Below, one piece after another: positions 8,929-17,401 of a DNA stretch of 64,000 bases. Position 1 is the stretch's first letter, and each line of letters starts with the position of its first letter. Source of the DNA: Thiothrix sp. (lineage in GTDB: Bacteria; Pseudomonadota; Gammaproteobacteria; Thiotrichales; Thiotrichaceae); contig JAGRJD010000022.1 in NCBI GenBank assembly GCA_020442915.1, positions 4,748 to 68,747 on the forward strand. The letters run 5' to 3'. The notes under the pieces were generated by a model. That model was not told the origin of the DNA, did not search any database, and saw nothing but the letters and a program-made list of their open reading frames with translations. The position numbers and the translations under genes are program-made.

Positions 8929-9305
8929 CATGCCCCGCACCAGACCGGCAAGAAGACCAGCACCCTGCTGGCGATGATGGATGCGCTCAACCAGTCGAGG
9001 GCTTACAGTGCACTTTACATGGGGGTGGAGTCGGCCCAGTCGGCCCGCAATGATGTCGCATGTGGCATGACCACCATGCTTGGCAGTCTGGTGGACGGGG
9101 CTGCCTTGCACCTCAATGATGAACGCCTGGCGGCGTGGCGGTCCGGGCTGTGGGCGAAACATGGCCCGGATGGCACTTTAAAAGCCCTGCTCAGCCAATG
9201 ACCTGGGAGGATAAGTCCGCCCGTGACCACCGCACCCCGATCACACGGGAGCGCTATTTTGCCGCCCGCGAGCACCTGATCCAGTCACGGGCCACGCTAC
9301 CTTAA
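8929..9305 (+). pseudogene. decayed remnant of an AAA-like ATP-binding protein gene (Walker A fragment plus an out-of-frame C-terminal fragment)
   Basis: Frame 1 reads HAPHQTGKKTSTLLAMMDALNQSRAYSALYMGVES... and has no start codon before the P-loop (a TGA lies at 8926-8928). It stops at 9201. A second frame continues MTWEDKSARDHRTPITRERYFAAREHLIQSRATLP*. The whole is far too short for the roughly 400-aa family it resembles. Confidence 0.45.
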
Positions 9306-9829
9306 CCTCTGGGTTTGTGCGGCTTCGGGCGATCCGGTTTGGGCCGATCCGGTTTGGGGCGGTCAGGTTTCGGACGGTCCGGCTTGGGGCGGTTGGGATG
9401 GTAGCTGCCATGATGCGGACGCGGGCGCACCGGCACATAAACCGGGCGGTAGACCCATGGATCACGCCAGCCATAGCCATAACCGCCATACCACCAGCCG
9501 TCAACCCGATCCCAGCGGTCAAAGTCACGCATGGCCTGATTGCGGCGTACTGCCTCCAGATAGGTCAGCTGCATGTAGTCGATGACCTGATCCGATACGC
9601 CCTGACGGCGCAGGTCCGCCAGCTGGGAGGCGCTCAGATGGTAATAGGTGCCGGACGCGCGCATGCGGGCAACGATCTGGTCGGGGGGGACTTTCTGCCG
9701 GCTGAGCTGGATGATCTCCGGTACGGTGGCTGTCGGGCGCGGTTCTGCCGGTGCAACCACACAGCCGCCAAGGGACAGGGCCAGCAGTAACAACAGGGCT
9801 CCGCCGAGTGGACTTCTGAGGTTGATCAT
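9302..9829 (-). CDS. lipoprotein with a C-terminal (R-P-K-P-D)n repeat tail
   Basis: Start trimmed to MINLRSPLGGALLLLLALSLGGC (lipobox LGGC). There is an aromatic/Gly-rich segment GWWYGGYGYGW. The tail is RPKPD x4 plus RPKPH. Confidence 0.7.
   Translation of the reverse strand: MINLRSPLGGALLLLLALSLGGCVVAPAEPRPTATVPEIIQLSRQKVPPDQIVARMRASGTYYHLSASQLADLRRQGVSDQVIDYMQLTYLEAVRRNQAMRDFDRWDRVDGWWYGGYGYGWRDPWVYRPVYVPVRPRPHHGSYHPNRPKPDRPKPDRPKPDRPKPDRPKPHKPRG
9320..9394 (-). repeat. five imperfect tandem 15-bp units encoding (R-P-K-P-D/H)
   Basis: Read codon by codon on the minus strand: CGN-CCN-AAR-CCN-GAY repeated from 9391 down to 9320. Synonymous differences occur between units. Confidence 0.85.
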
Positions 9830-10031
9830 GTTCGTTTTCCTTGCTTGTTTGGTTCGTGTTCCAGACATGGGGACTCCTGATCATAAGACAACAGCCTTTA
9901 TCCTGAGTTTCTTCACTTTCCCGGACTGGCCATCAGCCCTGACGGATGGCATGATCAACGCCTGATTCAATGGCGTCCTGTTACCTCTGTGCATGTGCGG
10001 TGGGCGGATGCCGGTTTTGAGGGCAAACAGC

Positions 10032-11207
10032 ATGGGGCAACAAGACCCAGTACCACTACAGCAGGGCGCAGACCCGCGCGGGCCTTTACATCTGGCCGTG
10101 CTGCTGTCGTTTTCCGGCGCGGGCGGCGTGGAGCGCATGGTCATGAACCTGGTGCGCGAGCTGGCCGCCATGCCGGGGCTGCGGCTGGACCTGCTGAGCA
10201 TCCGTGCCGATGGTCCGCACCTGACAGCCATTCCGGCCAATGTACGCTGGCTGCCGCTGCAGGCCGGCCACACCCTGACAGCCATTCCGGCGCTGGTGCG
10301 CTACCTGTGCCGGGAAAAACCCCAGGCCTTGCTGGTGGCCAAGGACCGGGCCGGGCGGGCCGCGCTGATGGCCCGGCAACTGGCCGGAGTGGATTGCCGG
10401 GTGGTGATCCGGTTGGGAACCAATCTGTCGGCTGCCCTGAAAAACCGTTCCGGTATCCGGCGCTGGTGGCGGACCCTGCCCATGCGCTGGCTGTACCCGC
10501 TGGTGGATCGGGTGGTGGCGGTTTCCGACGGGGTGGCACGGGATACGGTAGCCATTACCGGCCTGCCGGCGGCGCGGGTGACGGTGATCCGCAATCCGGT
10601 CATCACGCCGGGGCTGCTGGCACAGGCTCAGGCACCCGTGGCCCATCCGTGGCTGAATCTGAAGACCGTACCGGTGATTATGGGCGCGGGGCGACTGAGT
10701 GACCAGAAAGATTTCCTGACGCTGCTGGAAGCCTTTGCCCAGGTACGCCGGCAGCGTGACTGTCGGCTGATGATTCTGGGAGAGGGCGGTTTGCGTGCGG
10801 CACTGGAGCAGCGGGTAGCCGCTTTGGGACTGGATGCCGTGGTGAGTCTGCCCGGTTTTCAGGCCGATCTGCCCGCCTGGTTGCAGAAGGCGGACCTGTT
10901 TGTGCTGTCTTCCCGCTGGGAGGGTTCACCCAATGTGCTGACCGAGGCGCTGGCGCTCGGGGTGCCGGTGGTCGCGACCGCCTGCCCCAGTGGTCCGGAT
11001 GAAGTGCTGGCACAGGGTCGTTTCGGGCCACTGGTGCCGGTCGGGGATGTCGGGCGGCTGGCACAGGCCATGCTGGACACGCTGGCGCAGCCGCTGCCCG
11101 GAGCCGAGCTGCAGCAGGCAGTGCAGGCCTACCGTGCCGACCGGAGTGCACGCGAGTATCTGGCGGTTCTGCAGGGGCTGCCGGGAGGCCGTTCATGTGC
11201 GGCATAG
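10032..11207 (+). CDS. glycosyltransferase family 4 (GT-B, RfaG-like)
   Basis: Start trimmed to the ATG at 10032. N-terminal LHLAVLLSFSGAGGVERMV; C-terminal ...LSSRWEGSPNVLTEALALGVPVVAT... (the E-X7-E region). Confidence 0.8.
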   Translation: MGQQDPVPLQQGADPRGPLHLAVLLSFSGAGGVERMVMNLVRELAAMPGLRLDLLSIRADGPHLTAIPANVRWLPLQAGHTLTAIPALVRYLCREKPQALLVAKDRAGRAALMARQLAGVDCRVVIRLGTNLSAALKNRSGIRRWWRTLPMRWLYPLVDRVVAVSDGVARDTVAITGLPAARVTVIRNPVITPGLLAQAQAPVAHPWLNLKTVPVIMGAGRLSDQKDFLTLLEAFAQVRRQRDCRLMILGEGGLRAALEQRVAALGLDAVVSLPGFQADLPAWLQKADLFVLSSRWEGSPNVLTEALALGVPVVATACPSGPDEVLAQGRFGPLVPVGDVGRLAQAMLDTLAQPLPGAELQQAVQAYRADRSAREYLAVLQGLPGGRSCAA

Positions 11208-13000
11208 CCGGGGTCTTCCTGTGGCAGGGTGAGCCTGATACACAACGTCTCAAACGTGCCTTGCAGGCCCTGCGTCATCGCGGGCCGGATGCGCAGCAGC
11301 TCTGGTGCCGGCGGGGGGTAGGGCTGGCACATGCCCGGCTGTCCATTATCGATCTGGAAGGCGGTATCCAGCCGCTGCACAGTCGTGACGGTCAGCTGCA
11401 TCTGGTGGCCAATGGTGAGATTTACAATGATCCCGCCCTGCGGATGCAATACCGGAATGCGTCTGTCCAGCCCGGCAGCGGCTCGGATTGCGAGTCTATC
11501 CTGCAGGTGTATCAGGCCGGAGGGCGGGATGGCATCCGCCGATTGCACGGCATGTTTGCCTTTGCCCTGTATGATGAGCGCCAGAACTGCCTGTTGCTGG
11601 CCCGTGACCGGCTGGGGATCAAGCCGCTGTATTATGCCCGTCTGCCGGGGGGGTGGGCCTTCGCCTCGGAAATCAAGGGGCTGCTGCCACTGCTGGGGCG
11701 GGTGCCGGTGCTTGATGCGCAGGCGCTGGCCGGGTTTCTGGATTACCAGTTCAGTACCGGATGCGATACCATTTTCCAGGGTATCCGGCGCGTGCTGCCG
11801 GGGCAAAGCATTCTGCTGACGGCTGAGGGGACACAGGACGCTGAAACCTACTGGAGCCCCCTGGCTATCCGGCCCCGGTCACTGGGGCTGGAGGAGGCGG
11901 TAGAAGCGTTCGGACCGCTGTGGGACAGCGTCATGCGCGAGCATCTGCGTTCTGATGTGCCGCTGGGGCTGTTCCTGTCCGGTGGCATTGATTCATCCGT
12001 GCTGCTGGCCAGCCTCTGCGAGCAGTACGGCCAGCCGCTGCACACCTATTCGGTCGGTTTCGGAGAGGGCCGGGACGAGCTGGCGCAGGCCGAGGCACTG
12101 GCGCGCCGCTTCGGCAGTGAGCACACCAGCCTGGTCCTGACGCGGGCGCAGCTGTTCGAGCGCATTGCCCATACGGTCTGGGCCACGGATGACCTGATGC
12201 GTGATTATGCCTGCCTGCCACTGAGCCTGCTGGCCGAACGGGCGGCGCAGGACCTGAAGGTGGTTTTTTCCGGAGAGGGAGGGGATGAGGCATTTGCCGG
12301 CTACCGACGTTATGCGGACTCGGTGGAAGGTTGGCTCAAGGCGCTGGCTTTCGGTACCGGCGGCTTTCGCACCCATGGTGAATGGGGCCGGCGGCGTGAA
12401 ACCCGTGCCGCCCTGTCCGGGGCCTTGCGGGCGGTTGATACCCGTTTGCCATTCCGGACCCACTGGGCGGAAACACCACCGGACTGGAGCCGGATGCAGC
12501 AGCGTCAGTATGTGGACCTGAAAACCGCATTGCCGGACAATCTGCTGGTCAAGGCTGACCGCATCCTGATGGCTTTCGGGCTGGAAGGGCGGGTGCCGTT
12601 CTGTGATCACCGGCTGGTGGCTTTCGGGCTGTCGCTGCCGGATGCAGTCAAATACCGGCAGCGTCGGGGCAAGTACCTGATCCGGCGCTGGGCGGAAAAG
12701 GTGCTGCCTAAGGATCATCTGCAGCGGCCCAAGCGCGGTTTTTATGTGCCGGTGCCGGAGTGGATCAGTGGCCGCTTTCTGGACCAGTTGGAGCTGGTCT
12801 TGCTGGCGGACCGGGCGGTGCGTGAGTGGTTTGATCCGATTGCCTGCCGGCGGCTGTTTGATCGCCAGCGCAGCAAGGGAGGCTGTACGCGGGCGATCTG
12901 GGGCCTGATGCAGTTTGCCATCTGGCACCGGTTCATGGTGGAACAGCCGGGGTTGCAGCCTGCGGTCTGTGAAAATCCGCTGGACGTGATTCGGGGATAG
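11195..13000 (+). CDS. asparagine synthase (glutamine-hydrolysing) family amidotransferase
   Basis: MCGIAG N-terminal nucleophile cysteine. PP-loop LSGGIDSS. 601 aa. It overlaps the GT4 gene by 13 nt. Confidence 0.85.
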   Translation: MCGIAGVFLWQGEPDTQRLKRALQALRHRGPDAQQLWCRRGVGLAHARLSIIDLEGGIQPLHSRDGQLHLVANGEIYNDPALRMQYRNASVQPGSGSDCESILQVYQAGGRDGIRRLHGMFAFALYDERQNCLLLARDRLGIKPLYYARLPGGWAFASEIKGLLPLLGRVPVLDAQALAGFLDYQFSTGCDTIFQGIRRVLPGQSILLTAEGTQDAETYWSPLAIRPRSLGLEEAVEAFGPLWDSVMREHLRSDVPLGLFLSGGIDSSVLLASLCEQYGQPLHTYSVGFGEGRDELAQAEALARRFGSEHTSLVLTRAQLFERIAHTVWATDDLMRDYACLPLSLLAERAAQDLKVVFSGEGGDEAFAGYRRYADSVEGWLKALAFGTGGFRTHGEWGRRRETRAALSGALRAVDTRLPFRTHWAETPPDWSRMQQRQYVDLKTALPDNLLVKADRILMAFGLEGRVPFCDHRLVAFGLSLPDAVKYRQRRGKYLIRRWAEKVLPKDHLQRPKRGFYVPVPEWISGRFLDQLELVLLADRAVREWFDPIACRRLFDRQRSKGGCTRAIWGLMQFAIWHRFMVEQPGLQPAVCENPLDVIRG

Positions 13001-13025
13001 TTCGGGGCTGGAAGGAGGTTCGGGC

Positions 13026-13679
13026 ATGCTGTTGTCCCACAAGTACAATTTTCTGTTCGTGCATATCGCCAAGACCGGCGGTACCAGTGTGCGTGCGGCT
13101 TTAAGTCCCTTGCGCTGGCGTGATCCCGTATATTACCTGATGTGGCCCTGTCACCGGCTCAGCGGCCTGAGCGGGCACCGGCTCGGTACCCGTTTTCCGC
13201 GCCACGCGCATATCATTGCCGCCAAAGAGATGCTGCCGGAGCCGTTTTTTCAGGGGCTGTTCAAATTTGCCTTTGTGCGTAATCCCTGGGATCTGCAGGT
13301 CAGCTCCTTTCACCATATCCGGCGCGAGCGCCCCGAGCACCTGAACGGTATCAGCGATTTCAATGCCTTCATGCGCTGGAAGTTCAATCCAGCGCGTCCG
13401 TATCAGTACCATATCGATACCTCGCTGTCGTTGCAGTCGGATTATCTGGTGGACCTGCATGGCAACCTGCTGACCGACTTTGTCGGACATTATGAAACCC
13501 TGCCGGCGGATTTTGAACAGGTCTGCGTCCGTATCGGCATTCCGCTGCGTTCCCTGCCGCACAAGCGTGAGGCCAGCGATCGGGAGCGTGATTACCGCCG
13601 TTACTATGCCGATGATGTGGCCGAGCAGGTGGCCCGGCATTTCGAGCGTGATATTCGCTTGCTGGGGTATCAGTTTTGA
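13026..13679 (+). CDS. sulfotransferase family protein (family 2-like)
   Basis: N-terminal FLFVHIAKTGGTSVRAAL matches the PAPS 5'-phosphosulfate-binding loop (PKxGTT/S type). 217 aa. Confidence 0.65.
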   Translation: MLLSHKYNFLFVHIAKTGGTSVRAALSPLRWRDPVYYLMWPCHRLSGLSGHRLGTRFPRHAHIIAAKEMLPEPFFQGLFKFAFVRNPWDLQVSSFHHIRRERPEHLNGISDFNAFMRWKFNPARPYQYHIDTSLSLQSDYLVDLHGNLLTDFVGHYETLPADFEQVCVRIGIPLRSLPHKREASDRERDYRRYYADDVAEQVARHFERDIRLLGYQF

Positions 13680-14284
13680 CGCCGGTGCAGCTGGTGATCC
13701 TGGACCGGGACGGGGTGATCAATGAGGACTCCGATGATTACATCCGTACAGTGGCGCAGTGGGTGCCGATTGCCGGCAGTCTGGAGGCCATTGCCAGCCT
13801 GAACCGGGCTGGATTCAGGGTGGGCGTGGCTACCAACCAGTCCGGCATCGGACGGGGTTATTACAGCCTGGAAACACTGGCGGGCATGCATGCCAGAATG
13901 ACGGAACTGCTGACGCATGCCGGGGGGCGGATTGATGCACTGCGCTGTTGTCCGCACTTGCCGACAGACCATTGCCGCTGCCGCAAACCCAGGCCGGGCA
14001 TGCTGCTGGCCTTGATGCGGGAATTTGCCGTCGAGCCGCAGCAATGCTGCTTTGTCGGGGATGCGTATTCTGATTTCAGGGCAGCCGAAGCAGCAGGCAT
14101 GGCCTTCCATCTGGTACGCACCGGCAAGGGGGAGCGTACACTGGCGGCCCATCCGGCGCTGGCCTGTGCCGGAATCTGGAATTCACTGGCAGAGTTTGCT
14201 GCAGCACTGACAGCCTTGTCTGCACAGCTGGCAGCATCCGGGATGGCGACCGGCGTTACAGGAAATCATCCGGGTCCAGCTTGA
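13676..14284 (+). CDS. gmhB: D-glycero-beta-D-manno-heptose-1,7-bisphosphate 7-phosphatase (HAD family)
   Basis: TTG start overlapping the upstream stop. HAD motif I LVILDRDGVIN. The zinc-loop region C...CRCRKPRPGML is typical of GmhB. Confidence 0.8.
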   Translation: MTPVQLVILDRDGVINEDSDDYIRTVAQWVPIAGSLEAIASLNRAGFRVGVATNQSGIGRGYYSLETLAGMHARMTELLTHAGGRIDALRCCPHLPTDHCRCRKPRPGMLLALMREFAVEPQQCCFVGDAYSDFRAAEAAGMAFHLVRTGKGERTLAAHPALACAGIWNSLAEFAAALTALSAQLAASGMATGVTGNHPGPA

Positions 14285-15050
14285 TCTGGCGCGTGATGCT
14301 TTCATTCCTGAAGGCCATGGTGCGCATGCGTGCACGGGTACGGGCCAGCATGCGGCGCTTGTGGAACTGCCAGCGCTCATACAGGGTGAGGTAGCTGACA
14401 TCCGGCAGGGGTTCGTGGAAAATGGTGCTGGGGAATTTGATTTTGTTGCCCACGCCGTAATGCTCGCAGGCATCCAGTTGCACGGCTGCGGCAGGTTCGA
14501 GCTGGTAGGCATTCAACTTGTAGGTGGTGGAAATAAAGGCATCCACCAGTCCGGGAGTGGCATCCTGGGCACGCTCCAGCAGGATTTCGGCTCCGGAGGG
14601 CCAGAGCACGTAAGCGGCAGCACCGATACTGTCCTGGAACAGGGGCAGCAGGTGGTATTCGCCCAGAATGTTCTTGCCGCGTCGGGCGACGGTTTTCTTG
14701 CGGCCCCGGACCTCGAACTTGACCAGATCGCAGCCACCGTAGTTGTCCAGCTGGCGCAGCAGGTAGGGCACATGGCGCGAGAGCATGGCATCATCTTCCA
14801 GAATGAGGGCCGGTTGCTGACGTTTGTGCACCAGCTGCCAGATTTTGTGATGGCTGAGATAGCAGGCGATTTCGGTCTTGCGCAGCGGACGCTCCCAGCC
14901 GATGGCCATGTAGTGCCGGGCACGGGTATGCAGGTGACTGGGCGAGACGGCACGCACCAGCTCGAATTCCAGCCCCAGACGCGCCATCTGGCTTTGCTGG
15001 AAGGCCAGCCGGTCTTTGGATTCCGGCAGGTTGATGACAAAAATCTGCAT
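14256..15050 (-). CDS. glycosyltransferase family 25 (LPS/LOS core galactosyl- or glucosyltransferase type)
   Basis: Start trimmed to the ATG at 15050 (MQIFVINLPESKDRLAFQQSQMARLGLEFELVRAV...EIACYLSHHKIW), the characteristic GT25 N-terminus. Confidence 0.75.
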   Translation of the reverse strand: MQIFVINLPESKDRLAFQQSQMARLGLEFELVRAVSPSHLHTRARHYMAIGWERPLRKTEIACYLSHHKIWQLVHKRQQPALILEDDAMLSRHVPYLLRQLDNYGGCDLVKFEVRGRKKTVARRGKNILGEYHLLPLFQDSIGAAAYVLWPSGAEILLERAQDATPGLVDAFISTTYKLNAYQLEPAAAVQLDACEHYGVGNKIKFPSTIFHEPLPDVSYLTLYERWQFHKRRMLARTRARMRTMAFRNESITRQIKLDPDDFL

Positions 15051-15083
15051 TTGTTGTTGTTCCGGCAAGTTTTCTGGTGTTGT

Positions 15084-15100
15084 GTTGACACGCGTTGACA
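15084..15100. repeat. direct repeat GTTGACA-cgc-GTTGACA upstream of the GT25 gene
   Basis: Two identical heptamers at 15084-15090 and 15094-15100, with a 10-bp period. The start of the first lies 34 bp upstream of the GT25 start. Confidence 0.6.
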
Positions 15101-15177
15101 GGTGGCCCCGCCCCGTCTTTGTCGGGTTGGTCAGAGAATACACCGGCCTTGGGGTAAAGGCCAGCCTGCAAACCCTG

Positions 15178-15303
15178 TCACCAGCAGCCCGGCAGGGCGG
15201 ACAGGGACAGGAAGGCAAAGCCCATGTCGGTGGAGCCATACTGCAGCAATACCCAGCCGATCAGCAGCCCGGCCAGTCCGGCCAGCAGTAACCTGCGTTT
15301 CAT
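15178..15303 (-). CDS. possible 41-aa hydrophobic peptide translationally coupled to the MFS gene
   Basis: The ATG at 15303 overlaps the MFS stop (ATGA at 15300-15303). Sequence MKRRLLLAGLAGLLIGWVLLQYGSTDMGFAFLSLSALPGCW: a basic N-terminus followed by one or two hydrophobic segments. Confidence 0.3.
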   Translation of the reverse strand: MKRRLLLAGLAGLLIGWVLLQYGSTDMGFAFLSLSALPGCW

Positions 15304-16508
15304 GCGGCCTCCGCTGCCAGTCTGGCAACCGGCCGTTCCCTGATCGGCAGGTTCAGCAGGGCGGCCATGACGCTCAGGGCCATGCACAGGGCCCAGACCA
15401 GGTTGTAATTACCACTCAGGTCGTAGACATAACCGCCAAGCCAACCGCCCAGAAAGGAGCCGAGCTGGTGGAACAGGAACACGATGCCGCCCAGCATGGA
15501 CATGTTTTCCACGCCGAAGACGGTGGCGACGATGCCGTTGGTCAGAGGGACGGTGCTGAGCCACAGCAGGCCCATGGCCATGCCGAAGGCGTAGGCACTC
15601 CAGGTGGTGACCGGCAGCAGCAGGAAAATGGCGATGATGACCAGGCGCCCGCTGTAGATGCCGGTCAGCAGCCAGGGCTTGGAGACCCTGCCCCCCCAAA
15701 GGCCGGCCAGATAGGAGCCGAACACGTTGAACAGGCCGACCAGGCCCAGGACCACGGCACCGGTACCGGGAGTCAGCCCGGCATCAGTGAGGTAGGCAGG
15801 CAGGTGTACACCGATGAACACCACCTGAAAGCCGCACACAAAGTAACCCAGGGCCAGCAGCCAGAAGTCCCGGTGCCGGGCCGCTTCGGACAGGATGGCC
15901 CCGAGTGGCAGGCTGATATGGCTTTGGGCATGATGGCTGTCAGCACGCATGCTGATGGCCAGCGGGATCATCAGGGCGCTGATGGCGGTCAGGATCAGCA
16001 GGGCACTGCTCCAGCCGAATTGTTGCAGCAGGGCATTGCTGCCTGGCAGGAACAGAAACTGGCCCAGGGAGCCCATGGCGGTCGACACACCCATGGCCCA
16101 GCTGCGTTTTTCCGGCGGTACCACCCGGCTGATGGCGCTGAACACCACCGGGAAAGTGGTGCCGCTGAGGCCCAGGCCGATCAGGATACCGGCCCCGATG
16201 ATCAGTTCGGTTTCACTGCCGGTGCGACTCATCAGGTACAGGCCGGCCACGTACAGGAGGCTGCCGAAAAACGCCACCCGCCCGCCGCCATACCGGTCCA
16301 CAAAGCGCCCCGCCACCGGCTGGCTCAGGCCCCAGACCAGATTCTGGATCGCCATGGCCAGCGCATAGGATTCGCGCCCCCAGCCCAAGTCATCGGTCAT
16401 CGGCTGCAGGAACAGGCCGAAACCATGGCGGATGCCCATGGAAATGGCCAGAATGATGGCTCCGCACAGCAGGATGATGAACGGACTGCGCCAGTCGGGT
16501 GATTTCAT
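15300..16508 (-). CDS. MFS transporter
   Basis: 402 aa with about 12 hydrophobic helices. It shows typical MFS loop motifs (GRFVDRYGGGRV). Confidence 0.85.
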   Translation of the reverse strand: MKSPDWRSPFIILLCGAIILAISMGIRHGFGLFLQPMTDDLGWGRESYALAMAIQNLVWGLSQPVAGRFVDRYGGGRVAFFGSLLYVAGLYLMSRTGSETELIIGAGILIGLGLSGTTFPVVFSAISRVVPPEKRSWAMGVSTAMGSLGQFLFLPGSNALLQQFGWSSALLILTAISALMIPLAISMRADSHHAQSHISLPLGAILSEAARHRDFWLLALGYFVCGFQVVFIGVHLPAYLTDAGLTPGTGAVVLGLVGLFNVFGSYLAGLWGGRVSKPWLLTGIYSGRLVIIAIFLLLPVTTWSAYAFGMAMGLLWLSTVPLTNGIVATVFGVENMSMLGGIVFLFHQLGSFLGGWLGGYVYDLSGNYNLVWALCMALSVMAALLNLPIRERPVARLAAEAA

Positions 16509-16676
16509 GTCGGCTCCGAAAGTGGACTTGCGGTATTTGTGGCATCCGATTTTAATGCGTGTACCTGATGCCGGGGAAGAGGCTTGATAATATACCCGGA
16601 CTTGCGTCCCGGAAAAGGTGGGGCTGGCTGCCGGACCGGTGGTTTGTTTTTGTTTGTGGGTATTGGGGAGTCATGA

Positions 16677-17219
16677 ATGCAGAATGAAGAAAACCTGATC
16701 TGGATTGATCTGGAAATGACCGGACTGGATACGGTGAATGACCGGATTCTGGAAATTGCCACGGTGGTGACGGACAAGGCCCTGCGGGTGCTGGCCGAGG
16801 GGCCGGTGCTGGCGATTCATCAGCCGGAGGCGGTACTGGCGGGTATGGATGAATGGTGCCAGACCCAGCATGGTGGTTCGGGGCTGACACAGCGGGTGCG
16901 TGACAGTCGCTGTGATGAGGCGGAGGCCGAGCGCCTGACGCTGCAGTTTCTGGCGCAGCATGTCCCGTCCGGCGTCTCACCCATGTGCGGCAACAGCATC
17001 TGCCAGGACCGGCGTTTTCTGGCGCGTTCCATGCCGACACTGGAAGCTTTTTTCCATTACCGCAATCTGGATGTCAGTACCCTCAAGGAACTGGCGAAGC
17101 GCTGGAAACCGGAGATTCTGGGCAGTTTCAGGAAGGACTCCAGCCATCTGGCACTGAATGACATTCATGATTCGATTGGTGAGCTGCGCTTTTATCGGGA
17201 GCATTTGCTGCGGGTCTGA
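16677..17219 (+). CDS. orn: oligoribonuclease
   Basis: [12 protein letters not shown]... DEDDh exonuclease motifs (H-x4-D: [11 protein letters not shown]). 180 aa. Confidence 0.95.
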   Translation: MQNEENLIWIDLEMTGLDTVNDRILEIATVVTDKALRVLAEGPVLAIHQPEAVLAGMDEWCQTQHGGSGLTQRVRDSRCDEAEAERLTLQFLAQHVPSGVSPMCGNSICQDRRFLARSMPTLEAFFHYRNLDVSTLKELAKRWKPEILGSFRKDSSHLALNDIHDSIGELRFYREHLLRV

Positions 17220-17401
17220 AGGGATTGTGGCCGTGTGGCAGGCAGGAAGGGGGATGAGCGGGGTCAGGCGGAAGGGCCGTCTGCCTGATCGGGTGCTGTC
17301 GCTCCGGCTATTCAGGTGCTAGTATTGTGCTTTGGGATATGATCACCCTGCTTGCCTGTTCTGGAAATGAAAAAAACAATACGCAAATCGTGTTCCCTGC
17401 T

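Noticed and set aside
9320-9394. Tandem 15-bp repeats, considered as a possible CRISPR or VNTR-type non-coding array.
   Set aside because: The units are contiguous with no spacers, in frame, and encode the RPKPD tail of the lipoprotein. This is not a CRISPR array.
17258-17285. The stem-loop TCAGGCGGA-N7-TCTGCCTGA downstream of orn, considered as a terminator.
   Set aside because: It is a plausible 9-bp stem with one G.U pair, but no U-run follows. It is left unannotated as too uncertain.
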